Under the pieces are notes generated by a model, which saw only the letters and a list, made by a program, of their open reading frames with translations, was not told the origin of the DNA and did no database searches. A DNA stretch of 64,000 bases from NCBI GenBank assembly GCA_963806185.1, contig CAWDXE010000007.1:352001-416000 (forward strand). The letters run 5' to 3'. Position 1 is the stretch's first letter; every line of letters begins with the position of its first letter. Shown in pieces: positions 9,252-20,300 of this stretch. The stretch comes from an uncultured candidate division Zixibacteria bacterium (lineage in GTDB: Bacteria; Zixibacteria; MSB-5A5; GN15; FEB-12). The position numbers and the translations under genes are program-made.

Positions 9252-9908
9252 ATGCACTTGCTGTTTGACTTAGACGGAACGTTAATAGACTCCTCGGCCG
9301 GTGTCGTGGACGCGGTCAATTACTCCCTACGAATGCTGGGCGAGCCGGAACAACCGTCCGAGCGCATTACGCCATTCATCGGTTTCCCCCTCTACGAAAT
9401 GTATCCCCATTTCACACAAGCGCCCTACGCCGAGTTGTATCATCATTTCCAGGTGAAGGCTGAAGAGACCGTTACCGCATCGGCGGTTGCCTTGCCGAAG
9501 GTGGATGACGTCCTGGCGGAACTGTATCGACGGGGACATCGGATGGCGGTCGTCACAACGAAGATACGGGTGCACCTTGACGGCATCATCCGAAAATTGG
9601 ACTGGGGGCAGTACTTCGAAACGGTTGTGGCGGGGAACGAAGTGCCAAGGCCAAAGCCGGATCCGGCGGCGTTTCGGCTGGCGCTGGAGCGCATGGATGT
9701 GAGTCCACAGGACACGTTGGTAGTCGGAGACACCGTAAATGATGTCTTCGGCGCGCGGGCGGTGCCGCTGCTGGTGGCGGGGGTGCGATCGCCGTACGGC
9801 GATGATACCCGGCTGGTGGCCTCCAATCCGGACTACTTCCTGGAGTCGATTTCAGAATTGCCGCCGCTGTTGACGGAGCTTGCGGAGAAGCGGAAGCTTC
9901 GGGCATGA
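9252..9908 (+). CDS. HAD-family hydrolase (phosphoglycolate phosphatase/PpaX-like)
   Basis: FDLDGTLIDS, VVTTK, KPDP, VGDTVND. Confidence 0.9.
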   Translation: MHLLFDLDGTLIDSSAGVVDAVNYSLRMLGEPEQPSERITPFIGFPLYEMYPHFTQAPYAELYHHFQVKAEETVTASAVALPKVDDVLAELYRRGHRMAVVTTKIRVHLDGIIRKLDWGQYFETVVAGNEVPRPKPDPAAFRLALERMDVSPQDTLVVGDTVNDVFGARAVPLLVAGVRSPYGDDTRLVASNPDYFLESISELPPLLTELAEKRKLRA

Positions 9909-10411
9909 GCTGTGTGCACCGGCATGAATTCGTGTCCGCCATAGGCACGATTCGATTGGCGGCAACCGACCGTGGACTGGCCATTCTGACTTTGCCGAAT
10001 GAGTCGGCGGCGTCATTTGAGGCACGCATTCACAAGTATTTTCCCGGGAGTGCCGTTTCCGGAGCGAATGACACCTGCCGTGAGGCGGAGCGACAGGTTC
10101 ATGAGTACCTGGCGGGAAAGCGGAAATCGTTCTCGGTGAAGCTCGATATTCACGCCAGCCCCTTTCACAAAAAGGCGCTGCAACAGGTGGCGAAGATTCC
10201 TTACGGGAAGACCACGACTTACGGCGAGATTGCCCGTGCCCTGGGTAGTCCGGGCGCGAGTCGGGCGGTGGGGAGTGCCAATGCGCGCAACAACCTGCCG
10301 ATTGTCATTCCGTGTCATCGAGTCCTCGCGTCAAACGGCATGGGTGGGTACGGTGGAACCCTGCCGCTGAAATTGAAACTATTGAAGCTCGAAGGAGCGC
10401 TTTCGGAATAA
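9905..10411 (+). CDS. ogt: Methylated-DNA--protein-cysteine S-methyltransferase
   Basis: IPYGKTTTYGEIA, RAVGSA, IPCHRV active site. Confidence 0.95.
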   Translation: MSCVHRHEFVSAIGTIRLAATDRGLAILTLPNESAASFEARIHKYFPGSAVSGANDTCREAERQVHEYLAGKRKSFSVKLDIHASPFHKKALQQVAKIPYGKTTTYGEIARALGSPGASRAVGSANARNNLPIVIPCHRVLASNGMGGYGGTLPLKLKLLKLEGALSE

Positions 10412-10429
10412 TCGAGAAAGAGGAAACGT

Positions 10430-11530
10430 ATGGATCCAAGAACCGCTCGACTGGCTAAACTGCTGATCAACTACTCACTCGAACTGAAAAAAGGACAGCT
10501 GATAAAGATTCAGGGTGAATCGGTAGCATTGCCGCTCATGGTGGCGGCCTATGAGGAGGCGGTCAAGGTCGGGGCAAACCCGTACATGGTCGTTCTGGTG
10601 CCGGACGCCGACGAGGCGATGCTCAAGCACGGTAATGACGATCAGCTTGGTTTTGTGAGCCCGCTGGCCAAACTGGAGGTTGAGAAGATCGACGCCTTCT
10701 TGCACGTTTGGGGAACCTCGAATACCCGTTACCTGAGCGGCATTGATTCCAAACGCCAGGCCCTTCGCCAGAAAGCACGTCGCGAGACGAGCATGCGGTT
10801 CTTCGATCGCGTCGGCAAAAAGGAGTGCACCTGGGTGGGGACACAATATCCGACGCTGGCCGACGCTCAGGAGGCGGAGATGTCGCTGGCTGATTATCAG
10901 GACTTCGTCTACGGCGCGGGCCACGTGAACACGGGCGACCCCGTAAAACACTGGCTCGGAGTCAAGAAGGAGCAGGAACGACTGGTGAAGATTCTGAACC
11001 GGATAGACAAATTGGAGATTCGTTCCAAGGACACCGATCTCAAGATGCGCGTCAAGGGACGCAAGTGGATCAGTTGTCACGGGACAGAGAACTTCCCCGA
11101 TGGTGAAATCTTCACCAGCCCAATTGAAAACACTCCCGAGGGGGTCATTCACTTCAGTTATCCGGCCGTCTACCAGGGGCGGGAAGTGGAGGACGTGCGC
11201 CTCGAACTGAAGGGCGGCAAAGTCGTCAAGGAGTACGCCGGCAAGAATCAGGCGTATCTGACCGACATGCTCAATATGGACGATGGCTCGCGCTATGTCG
11301 GCGAAATCGCAATCGGCACCAATTATGAGATCAAGCGCTTCTCCAAAAACATCCTGTTCGACGAAAAGATCGGCGGGACCTGCCACATGGCCGTGGGAGC
11401 TTCGATTGTCGAATCCGGTGGCAAGAACAAGAGTGCCCTGCACTGGGATATGGTGTGCAATCTGAAAAAGGACGCCGAAATTCTGGCCGACGGTAAGGTG
11501 ATTTACCGGAACGGCAAGTTTGTGATATAG
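10430..11530 (+). CDS. Aminopeptidase, M29 (AmpS/AmpT) family
   Basis: NFPDGEIFTSP, GEIAIG, FDEKIGGTCHMAVG, SALHWD. Confidence 0.92.
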   Translation: MDPRTARLAKLLINYSLELKKGQLIKIQGESVALPLMVAAYEEAVKVGANPYMVVLVPDADEAMLKHGNDDQLGFVSPLAKLEVEKIDAFLHVWGTSNTRYLSGIDSKRQALRQKARRETSMRFFDRVGKKECTWVGTQYPTLADAQEAEMSLADYQDFVYGAGHVNTGDPVKHWLGVKKEQERLVKILNRIDKLEIRSKDTDLKMRVKGRKWISCHGTENFPDGEIFTSPIENTPEGVIHFSYPAVYQGREVEDVRLELKGGKVVKEYAGKNQAYLTDMLNMDDGSRYVGEIAIGTNYEIKRFSKNILFDEKIGGTCHMAVGASIVESGGKNKSALHWDMVCNLKKDAEILADGKVIYRNGKFVI

Positions 11531-11612
11531 GCGCGGTGATGAATCTGATCAGGCTTCGGTACCGCTCAGCATGACGTTACGCATGTGCGTAGGGGGAAGT
11601 CAGTATTATAGC

Positions 11613-11856
11613 GTCAGGCTTCTTTGTCCAATTCATCAAGAAGCCTGACAAATGTGTAGAGGGAAAGAAAACTGAAAGATCGCCACGGCTCGAAACGAGC
11701 CTCGCGATGACATCATGGGCGGATGCCGTCCGTCTTCGCGTATCGCAGCTTCCCCTCTTCCTCCGTCTCCCTCTGGGAGAGGGCAGGGGTGAGGGTCGGT
11801 GGGGCTAAGAATCGTACGTGTCAGGCTTCTCGATGAATTGGAAAAGGAAGCCTGAC
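11613..11856. repeat. REP/REPIN-like cluster: two inverted copies of a 37-bp palindrome enclosing other REP-like motifs
   Basis: GTCAGGCTTC-N17-GAAGCCTGAC at 11613-11649 and in reverse orientation at 11820-11856 (34/37 identical). Inside: GCTCGAAACGAGC hairpin followed by CTCGCGATGAC, and CTCCCTCTGGGAGAGGGCAGGGGTGAGGG. Confidence 0.75.
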
Positions 11857-11919
11857 CTGATTGTATCCTCTTGTCCAAAGGAAAATGAGTTTCGCCCTAC
11901 GTGAACCCGACCTCGCTGC

Positions 11920-13890
11920 TCATTCCTCGGCATATCGCTTCTTCAACCTCGTCACGACATCCGGGTCGGCCAGCGTCGTCGTGTCGCCCAGCACTTTCCC
12001 CGTGGCGATATCGCGCAAGAGGCGTCGCATAATTTTCCCGGAACGGGTCTTCGGAAGGTCAGCTGAGAAAATGACTTTGTCCGGCTTGGCCAGCGCCCCG
12101 ATCTTGCGCGCCACATGATCGCGCAACTGCGCGACCAGCTTTTCCGATCCGGTGAACTCTTTGCCCAGGGTTACGAACGCCGCGAGCGCCTCACCCTTCA
12201 GCTCGTGCGGAATCCCCACCACCGCCGCCTCAACCACCGAGGCATGATCCACCAGCGCCGACTCGACTTCCATCGTCGAAATTCGATGCCCGGCCGAGTT
12301 GATAACGTCATCGACCCGTCCGAGAATCCAGTAATACTTGTCCTTATCAATCTTGGCGCCGTCGCCGGGGAAATATGTCCCCGACCATTTCGACCAGTAG
12401 GTGTCGACGAATCGCTCCCGGTCGCCCCAGATGCCGCGCAGCATCCCCGGCCACGGTTTCGTGATCGCGAGATACCCGCCACCTTCTTTCACCGGCTTCC
12501 CGTTTTCGTCGAGAATCGCCGCGCTGATGCCCGGGAACGGACGGGTGGCCGAACCGGGCTTGGTCGTGGTCACGCCCGGGAGGGGAGTGATCATAATATG
12601 CCCGGTCTCCGTCTGCCACCAGGTGTCGACAATCGGACATCGTTCGTGGCCGATCACCTCGTGGTACCACATCCAGGCCTCGGGGTTGATCGGCTCGCCG
12701 ACCGACCCCAGTAGTCGCAGGGTACTTAAATCTCGCTTGTCCGGCCATTCGCGTCCCCACTTCATGAACGCCCGAATCGCCGTCGGCGCCGTGTAGAAAA
12801 TCGTCACGCCGTAATCTTCCACGATCTGCCAGAACCTATCCTGATCCGGCCAGTCCGGGGCCCCCTCGTACATGACCACCGTCGCGCCGCAGGCCAGCGG
12901 CCCGTAGACGACATACGAATGTCCCGTCACCCAGCCGCAGTCGGCCGTGCACCAGAAGACATCGCTCTGATGAAGATCGAACACCAGCTTCGTCGTGGCG
13001 TACGCCCCGGTCATATACCCGCCGCAGGTGTGCATGATACCTTTCGGCTTGCCGGTCGTACCCGATGTGTACAGGATAAACAGCGGATCCTCCGCGTCCA
13101 TCGGCACCGGCGGACAAAACGAATCGGCGTCCTGCATGTGGCGATGATACCAGTGATCGCGCCCTTCTTTAACGCGCAACAGGAATTCACCGCGCTTCAC
13201 GATGATGCACGCTTCAATACTCGGGCAGTCGGCCATCGCCACGTCAGCGTCATGTTTGAGCGGGATGATTTGTCCGCGACGGTACCCGCCGTCGGCGGTG
13301 ATCAGCAGCTTTGCCTGAGCGTCGTTTATCCGGTCCCGCAACGCTTCCGGCGAAAAACCGCCAAACACCACCGAGTGAATCGCCCCGATCCGAGCGCACG
13401 CCAGCATCGCCACCGCCAGTTCCGGGATCATCGGCAGGTAGATCGCGACGCGATCCCCTTTCTTGATCCCCATCTTCTTCAGCACGTTGGCGAACTTGTT
13501 GACCTGACGGTACAGGTCCCAGTAGGTGAGCGTCCGGCGATCCCCCGGTTCACCTTCCCAGATAATCGCGGCCTTGTTCCGCTGGCCGTTCTTGATATGC
13601 TGGTCGAGACATGATTCCGTTACATTCAGCTTCCCGCCGACAAACCACTTGGCGTCGGGAGCCTTCCACTCCAAGCCCTTCGTCCACTTCTTCCGCCAGA
13701 CCAGTTCGTCGGCCATACCCTCCCAGAACTTCACCGGGTCCGCGTCCGCCTTCTTGTAGATGGCCGCCGAGTTGACGACCGCCTTTTTGGCAAAATTGGG
13801 GTTGGGTTTGAATTGCCGATTCTCGACCAGCAACGTGTCAATCGCATTTTTTGCGTCGCGCCGCGGCGCCGCCGTCGTCTTCTTGGCCAT
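11920..13890 (-). CDS. acs: Acetate--CoA ligase
   Basis: [39 protein letters not shown]. Confidence 0.97.
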   Translation of the reverse strand: MAKKTTAAPRRDAKNAIDTLLVENRQFKPNPNFAKKAVVNSAAIYKKADADPVKFWEGMADELVWRKKWTKGLEWKAPDAKWFVGGKLNVTESCLDQHIKNGQRNKAAIIWEGEPGDRRTLTYWDLYRQVNKFANVLKKMGIKKGDRVAIYLPMIPELAVAMLACARIGAIHSVVFGGFSPEALRDRINDAQAKLLITADGGYRRGQIIPLKHDADVAMADCPSIEACIIVKRGEFLLRVKEGRDHWYHRHMQDADSFCPPVPMDAEDPLFILYTSGTTGKPKGIMHTCGGYMTGAYATTKLVFDLHQSDVFWCTADCGWVTGHSYVVYGPLACGATVVMYEGAPDWPDQDRFWQIVEDYGVTIFYTAPTAIRAFMKWGREWPDKRDLSTLRLLGSVGEPINPEAWMWYHEVIGHERCPIVDTWWQTETGHIMITPLPGVTTTKPGSATRPFPGISAAILDENGKPVKEGGGYLAITKPWPGMLRGIWGDRERFVDTYWSKWSGTYFPGDGAKIDKDKYYWILGRVDDVINSAGHRISTMEVESALVDHASVVEAAVVGIPHELKGEALAAFVTLGKEFTGSEKLVAQLRDHVARKIGALAKPDKVIFSADLPKTRSGKIMRRLLRDIATGKVLGDTTTLADPDVVTRLKKRYAEE

Positions 13891-14128
13891 GCTGACTCCC
13901 GGGTTAGTGGAGAGAGATCCTGCGTCGTAATTGACTCAATATCGCCCTGTCAGGTACAACAAGTCAAGATTAGCTTCGGTGCCCGAAATGCAGAAGTATG
14001 ACGCCGGTTTCACACTTTGGCGACTGGAGCGTACAGGTCTTTGTTTCACGACTGGCCAACCCCAAGGAATTACACCACTTACAAGTTGGCCCGTTTCTTG
14101 CGTCGATCCTGCCAGACGAGGAATGCGC

Positions 14129-14156
14129 TTGACTTCTAACGCTTGAAAGGTATATT
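14129..14156 (+). promoter_or_regulatory. Sigma-70-type promoter of the giant protein gene
   Basis: TTGACT-N16-TATATT; GGAGG RBS at 14332. Confidence 0.5.
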
Positions 14157-14340
14157 GGCAGTGCTAGAGAAAACGACTAATCTGCCTGTACTTACCGCCC
14201 TCTGGTCTTCCCAGGGCAAAGTGTCAGACGTCATCGCTTACGATATGTTGCAAGGGCCTGCGGTCCTGACAGAGAATATGTACTCACTCAGCAGGTAGTC
14301 ATACGACTACGCCCGCTGAGTTTGTGCATGTGGAGGAAAG

Positions 14341-17300
14341 ATGAAACGGTTTGGGTTCTGGTGTACACTCAACCTCTGCGTCTCCCTGTTGATACTCTTC
14401 GCCGCCCGGACAGGTTCCGCGGCGCCTGCAGTTCCGGGGGGAACGACAAAAACGACTGCCGTTGATCCGCTGCATTATCCAGTGTTGGAATTGCCGAACG
14501 ACTCAACGGTATTTTTATGCTCCCAGGGCGACTCGATCTGCTATATGCTGAAAGCGCACGACGTCGACTCGGGCGACAGCATCAAGGTCATCCTGCTCTC
14601 CGGGCCGATTGCCTGGGCCCCGACCGTCTACGGCAATGACATCGCCCTTCCAATTTGCTTTGTTGCCGACACCAGCGGCGACTACCGTTTCATTTGGCGT
14701 ATTCATGATCTTGTCGGACGGTCCATCATTGATACCGTCGACTTTTTCGTTACCGTAGGCGTCAAACCCTCCATCGCCGATCAGAACTTCACCACCGAAA
14801 TGTGCTGGGGCGTCAACTACCGCGAAGTCCCCATGATTTATTCGGACTCCGGCCTCGACGCTGTCACGTTTACCCTTCTCTCCGGCGCCGGCACCGTCGA
14901 CGCCCAGACCGGCCTCCTCGAATACACCGTCGACACGGCCGGCACCTATGTGTTCCAGGTCGAAATCAGCGGCGGTTGTGGCGCCGACACGGCGACCATC
15001 ACCGACGTCATTACCATTAACAAGCCACCGTATTTCACCACCGACGATCAGACCGTTAAGCTCTGTGACTCGGCCGCCGTCTGTGTGAATCTCACCGGCG
15101 TCGACCCCGAGGGCGGCGCCATTCACTTCACCCTACTCGAAGGCGGGGGAGAGGTAGTCCAGACCGAGAACGGCTGGCAGCTCTGCTTCAGCCCGCAAAA
15201 CCTCCCGCACGCCACCTACCAGTTTATCGTCTGCCTGCAGGATGATTGCCCGACCGAACCGGGCACGGCTATCCCCCGGGCCACGCCGCTGTGCGTCGAG
15301 GATACCCTGTACGTGACCGTGGACATCAACGCGCCGCCGGTCTTGACTTGCCCCGGTGAACAATTGTTTTCCGGCTGTAATCCGAAATCGTACTGCTATT
15401 CTGTCAGCTACACGGACGCCGAGGACAACCCGGTCGTCCTGACTGTCCTGTCCGGGAACGCCGTCGTCGACGGCCAGTCGATTTGCGTCATCCCCGGTGA
15501 ATTGACCGAGTTCGACGTGGTCATTGAGGCCCGCGACGAATGTGGTGCCGACACCTGTACGACTCACGTTCGCATTGAGGGCAACAGACCGCCGACCGTC
15601 ATTACCGGCGTCGACCAGAACCTGACTCTCTGCGCCCCGGAGACCATTTGCCTTGACGCGTTCGTCAATGACCCGAATCTCGATATCGCCAACGTCTTCA
15701 GCAATATCGGCACGTACAATCCCCAGACCTCCAAAGTCTGTTTCACCCCTGATACCGCCGGCGTCTACACGATTATCGTAACCGCCGTCGACTCGTGTGG
15801 GGCCGAAGACATGGACACGACGGTCGTTACCGTCGCCCTCAATGAGATGCCGACGCTGTCACTCGGCGACGACCAGATTATCAAAGTCTGCGATGCCGGC
15901 CCGGAAGGGTACCAGGTCTGCGTCCCGGTCGCGACCACCGACGAAGGTCCGCTGACCATCACCAGTACGCTTGGCGCCTATGATCCGATCAACCACCGCA
16001 TGTGCTTCAATGTTACCCAGAGCGGCGAATACATGGTGATCGGCTTTGCCACCGACGACTGCAATGCCAAAGCGACCGATACGGTGATGATCAACATCAC
16101 GCTCGGCCATCCGCCGACCATCGCCGTCAACGATGATTCGCTCTACCTCTGCTTCCCGCAGCCGGTATGTTTCCCGGTGACGATCAATGACGTCGACAAT
16201 GATATCGCGAGCGTCACGGTCAGCAAAGGCAAGTACGAGAACGGCCAGGTCTGTTTTGTCCCCTACGACAGTGGCACGTATAAAATCGCCATTACCGTCA
16301 CCGACAAGTGCGGCACTGCCGTGACCGACACCCTTCGGGTCAAGGTCCGCACCGATCAGAATGTCGTCCTCAACTGCCCGAAAGATACCAGCATCTTCCT
16401 GTGCGAGCCCGACACCCTCTGCTTCCCGTTCAGCGGCTTCCCCGACGACGCCGATCTTGAACTCACCGGTGTCGGCGTCTGGTACGACAAAGCCAAGGGA
16501 GCGATCTGCTTCTATTCGGATTGCTGCCTTGAGAACATCATCACTGCCAAAGTGACCACCCTGTGCGGTTACGAATTCACCTGTAGTTTCAAAGTCCGTG
16601 TCCAGACCAACAGCAAGCCGCTTGTCATTCTGCCGAATGATACCACCATGCGCGGCTGCGACGTGGAAGGCATCTGCCTTCCGGTCGGCATTTCGGACAT
16701 CGATAACAATATTGTCAACGTCACGACCGGTTTCGGCACCTACGACGCCTACCTCCGTCAGGTCTGCTTCACCCCCGACACTGTCGGCACCTACCAGATC
16801 ACGGTGGTCGCCACGGATGCCTGCGGGCTTACGGGCAGCGACGTGATCAACGTGGTCGTCAAGGGGAACACTCCTCCCACCATCGCCATTCAGTTCCCCG
16901 AGGGCCCGATTTCCGAGTGCGTGACCGAACCGATCTGCCTGCCGGTCACGATCCTCGACGAAGACGCGAATATTAGAAACGTGGTGATCAAGGGCGGTAC
17001 CTACAATCCGGAAACGCACCTCCTCTGCTTCACACCCGACACCGCCGGTACCTACTGCCTCGAAATGCGAGTCACTGACAGTTGCGGTGCTCAGGCGACG
17101 GCTCAGGGCTGTGTCACCGTCAAGAAGGACGGGCCGGTCAACATCGCCTGCACCGAACAAATTCGTCAGTTCTCGTTGTGCGGCGCCGACAGCATCTGCT
17201 TCCCAGTTGAGATCACCGGCAACAATGTGACCGTCACGACTAACTGCTGCAGTATTGTCGACGGCCAGTTCTGCTTCTACGCCGACACCAGCGGCATCTA

Positions 17301-20300
17301 CAGTTTCCTGATCACTGCCTATAACGATTGCGACACGGCCACCTGTCTCCAGGTGGTGAAAGTCGACATCGCCAATCCGCCGGTGCTGACCTGTCCTGTC
17401 GATACCACTGTCGCCCTCTGCGCTACCGATACGCTCTGCTTCCCGCTGAATGTTTCGGGTGACAATGTCAATGTCACGGTCAGCGCTCCGGCCTACTACA
17501 ATGCCGGTCAGGTTTGCGTTCCGGTCCTCGGACTAGGTGAACAGACTATCCAGATCATCGCCGCCAATCAGTGCGGCGCCGATACCTGCCAGTTCACGGT
17601 TACCTCGACCGTCAACGAGCCGCCGGTAATTTCGGGTGACGACGCGACCGTGCCGCAGTGCGTCCTGAGCGAGATTTGCGTTCCCTTTACGGTCAGCGAT
17701 CCGAATAACGGCAAATTTACCGTGACCACGTCCTTGGGCCACATTCGCGGTCTTGGCGAATCCGCCAAACCGACCTCCTCGTCCAACACGATGGTGAGCG
17801 ACGATTTCGCCATGCGCAATAACACGCCCGAGGTTTGCTTCACGCCCGACCACTTTGGTGCCTTCCAGATCATCCTTACCGCCATCGACTCCTGCGGCGC
17901 CAAAGACGAGGACACCCTTGTGGTCACCGTCAACAAACTCGACTCTGTTTCAATCTCTCTGAACGGGGAGATTGTGCCCCAGACGCTGTGCAGCGGCCCC
18001 GATAGCATCTGCATCCCGGTGACCATCACCGGTAATCCGGCGGTCACAGTCAACTACGGCGAGTTGCGCAATAACAACCTCTGCTTCCTGGCGGACTCCA
18101 CCGGCACGTATACGATTACCGCCTTTGCGGCCGGCCCGTGCAACACCGACACGTTGTCCTACAGCGTCCACGTGACGAACACCATTCCGGTCGAGGTTAC
18201 CTGTCAGGCCACCGACACCGCGATCACCGTCTGCTCGTTCCCGGTCACCTTCCGCTTCCCGTTGAATATTACCGGTACGGTTGGCTCGGTCAGCGTGTTG
18301 CCGCTCGACGCCGTCCTTGGTCCGAACAATAGCTACATCGATGTTACCGCCGCGCGTGAAGGGGCGATTGAGGTCCGCGTCGTGGCCGAAAACGCCTGCT
18401 CCACCGATACCTGCGGGTTCGTGGTCACCGTCAAGGGGAACACCGCGCCCCAGATTACCCTGGGCAAGGATACCACTGTCATCGCGTGCCAACTCGTGCC
18501 GGTATGCGTCCCGCTTGCAGTGACTGATATCGACGGCAATTTGACTGAAATTTCATCCTCGCGCGGCGTCATCTCGAACGACTCCGTCTGCTTTACCGCG
18601 CCGGGCTTTGGTACCTTCGACATCGTCGTGCGCGCCACCGACGCCTGCGGCCTGGTGTCGACCGACACCGTGCTCATCACTCTAGAGCAGGGACCAGTCG
18701 CCCATATCGATTGCCCGGTGGGAACTATCGGTATCACGATGACCCTGCCCGACTCAGCGCGCGTGCCTTTGACTATCACGCCGCCGAACGTCCCGGTCAC
18801 CGTCCTGCCGTCCGGCCGCTATGATGCCGCCACCGGCCAGTTGGTGGTATACGTCGAGACCGAAGGTGTCCACACCTTTACGGTCATCGCCGCCGGCGAA
18901 TGCGGGTCTGATACGTGTGAAGTTTCTCTTGAGGTGAACCGCTACAATCCGCCGCTCGTCCAGTGCATCGGCTCCGTCGACACCGCCCTCTGCCTGGTCG
19001 GACCGACGACCCTATGTCTGCCCGTAACCGTCTCCGGCACCAGTATCAACGTCAGTGTATCGCCAATCGGCACCTATGCGGACGGCTCTGTTTGCTTCAC
19101 GGCCGATTCAGCCGGGACATATATAATTCGCATCATCGCGGCCAATGAAACCGAGGCCGATACCTGCTATTCGACAGCCGTCGTGACTCGTGGGCGTGCC
19201 CCTCAGGTCAATCTGGGCGAAGATTTCAGCCTAAATCTCTGCCAGGCTCAATTGGTCTGCGTCCCGCTGACTATTACCGGCGCCGAATTTGACGTCACTA
19301 CCGTCTTCTCGAATATCGGCTACGTCTCGGTCGACAGCGGCAAAGCCTGCTTCATGGCCGACAGCTCCGGCACCTATCGCCTGATCGTCACTGCCGGTGA
19401 CAACTGCGGCAACAGCTCGTCCGACACCGTTTACGTGACGGTCAATCTGAACAGAGCACCAGTTGTTACTCTCCCGGCCGACTTTGCCCAGCGCATGTGC
19501 GGCGAGGGTACGGTTTGCTTCGACGTCAGCGCGGTCGACAACAATCTGACCAGCGTTGTCACCAGCCTTGGCACCTACGATCCCGAAACGCACAAAGTCT
19601 GTTTCGCCCCGACCGGCAGCGGACTCTACACGGCCGTCGTGACCGCCGTCGATTCGTGCGGAATCGAAGATAAAGACACAATCAATATCACTGTGACCAA
19701 CAACACGGCGCCGCAGATCACCGATCTCCGCGATACCACGATCTACCTCTGCGCGCCGCAATCCGTCTGTATCCCGGTGACGATTGCCGACGCCGACTTC
19801 AACCCGGCCACCGTGACCGTCAGCCGCGGCAGCTACAGCGACGGTAAGATCTGCTTCATCCCGTATGACAGCGGCCTCTACCAGATCGTCGTTACCGCGA
19901 TTGATTCGTGCGGCTTGAGTGATGTAGACACGGTCGACGTCCGGATCAAGACCGATCAGAACATCACCCTGGTCTGTCCGCGCGACACCAGTATCTTCGT
20001 GTGCCAACCCGAGACGCTCTGCTTCCCGGTGGGCGGCATCCCGGCCGGCGCCAATGTCACGCTGACCGGTACCAACGTCTGGTGGAACGCCCAGAATCAG
20101 ACTGTCTGCTTCTTCTCCGACTGCTGTCTGGAGAATACTATCGGCGTCAAGGTGACCACCCCGTGCGGCACCTATCAGTGCTCGTTCACGGTCAAAGTTC
20201 AGACCAACAGCAAACCGCTGGTCATTGCGCCGAAAGACACGACCCTTCTGCAGTGCGCTCCGACCTCAATTTGTCTGCCGGTGGGCATTAGCGACGTCGA

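Noticed and set aside
11613..11856. CRISPR array interpretation of the 37-bp palindromes
   Set aside because: Only two copies, in inverted orientation, 170 bp apart; no cas genes.
14200..14270. Possible c-di-GMP-I riboswitch (CAGGGCAAA)
   Set aside because: Lacks the GAAA-tetraloop stem and following GACGCAAAG core.
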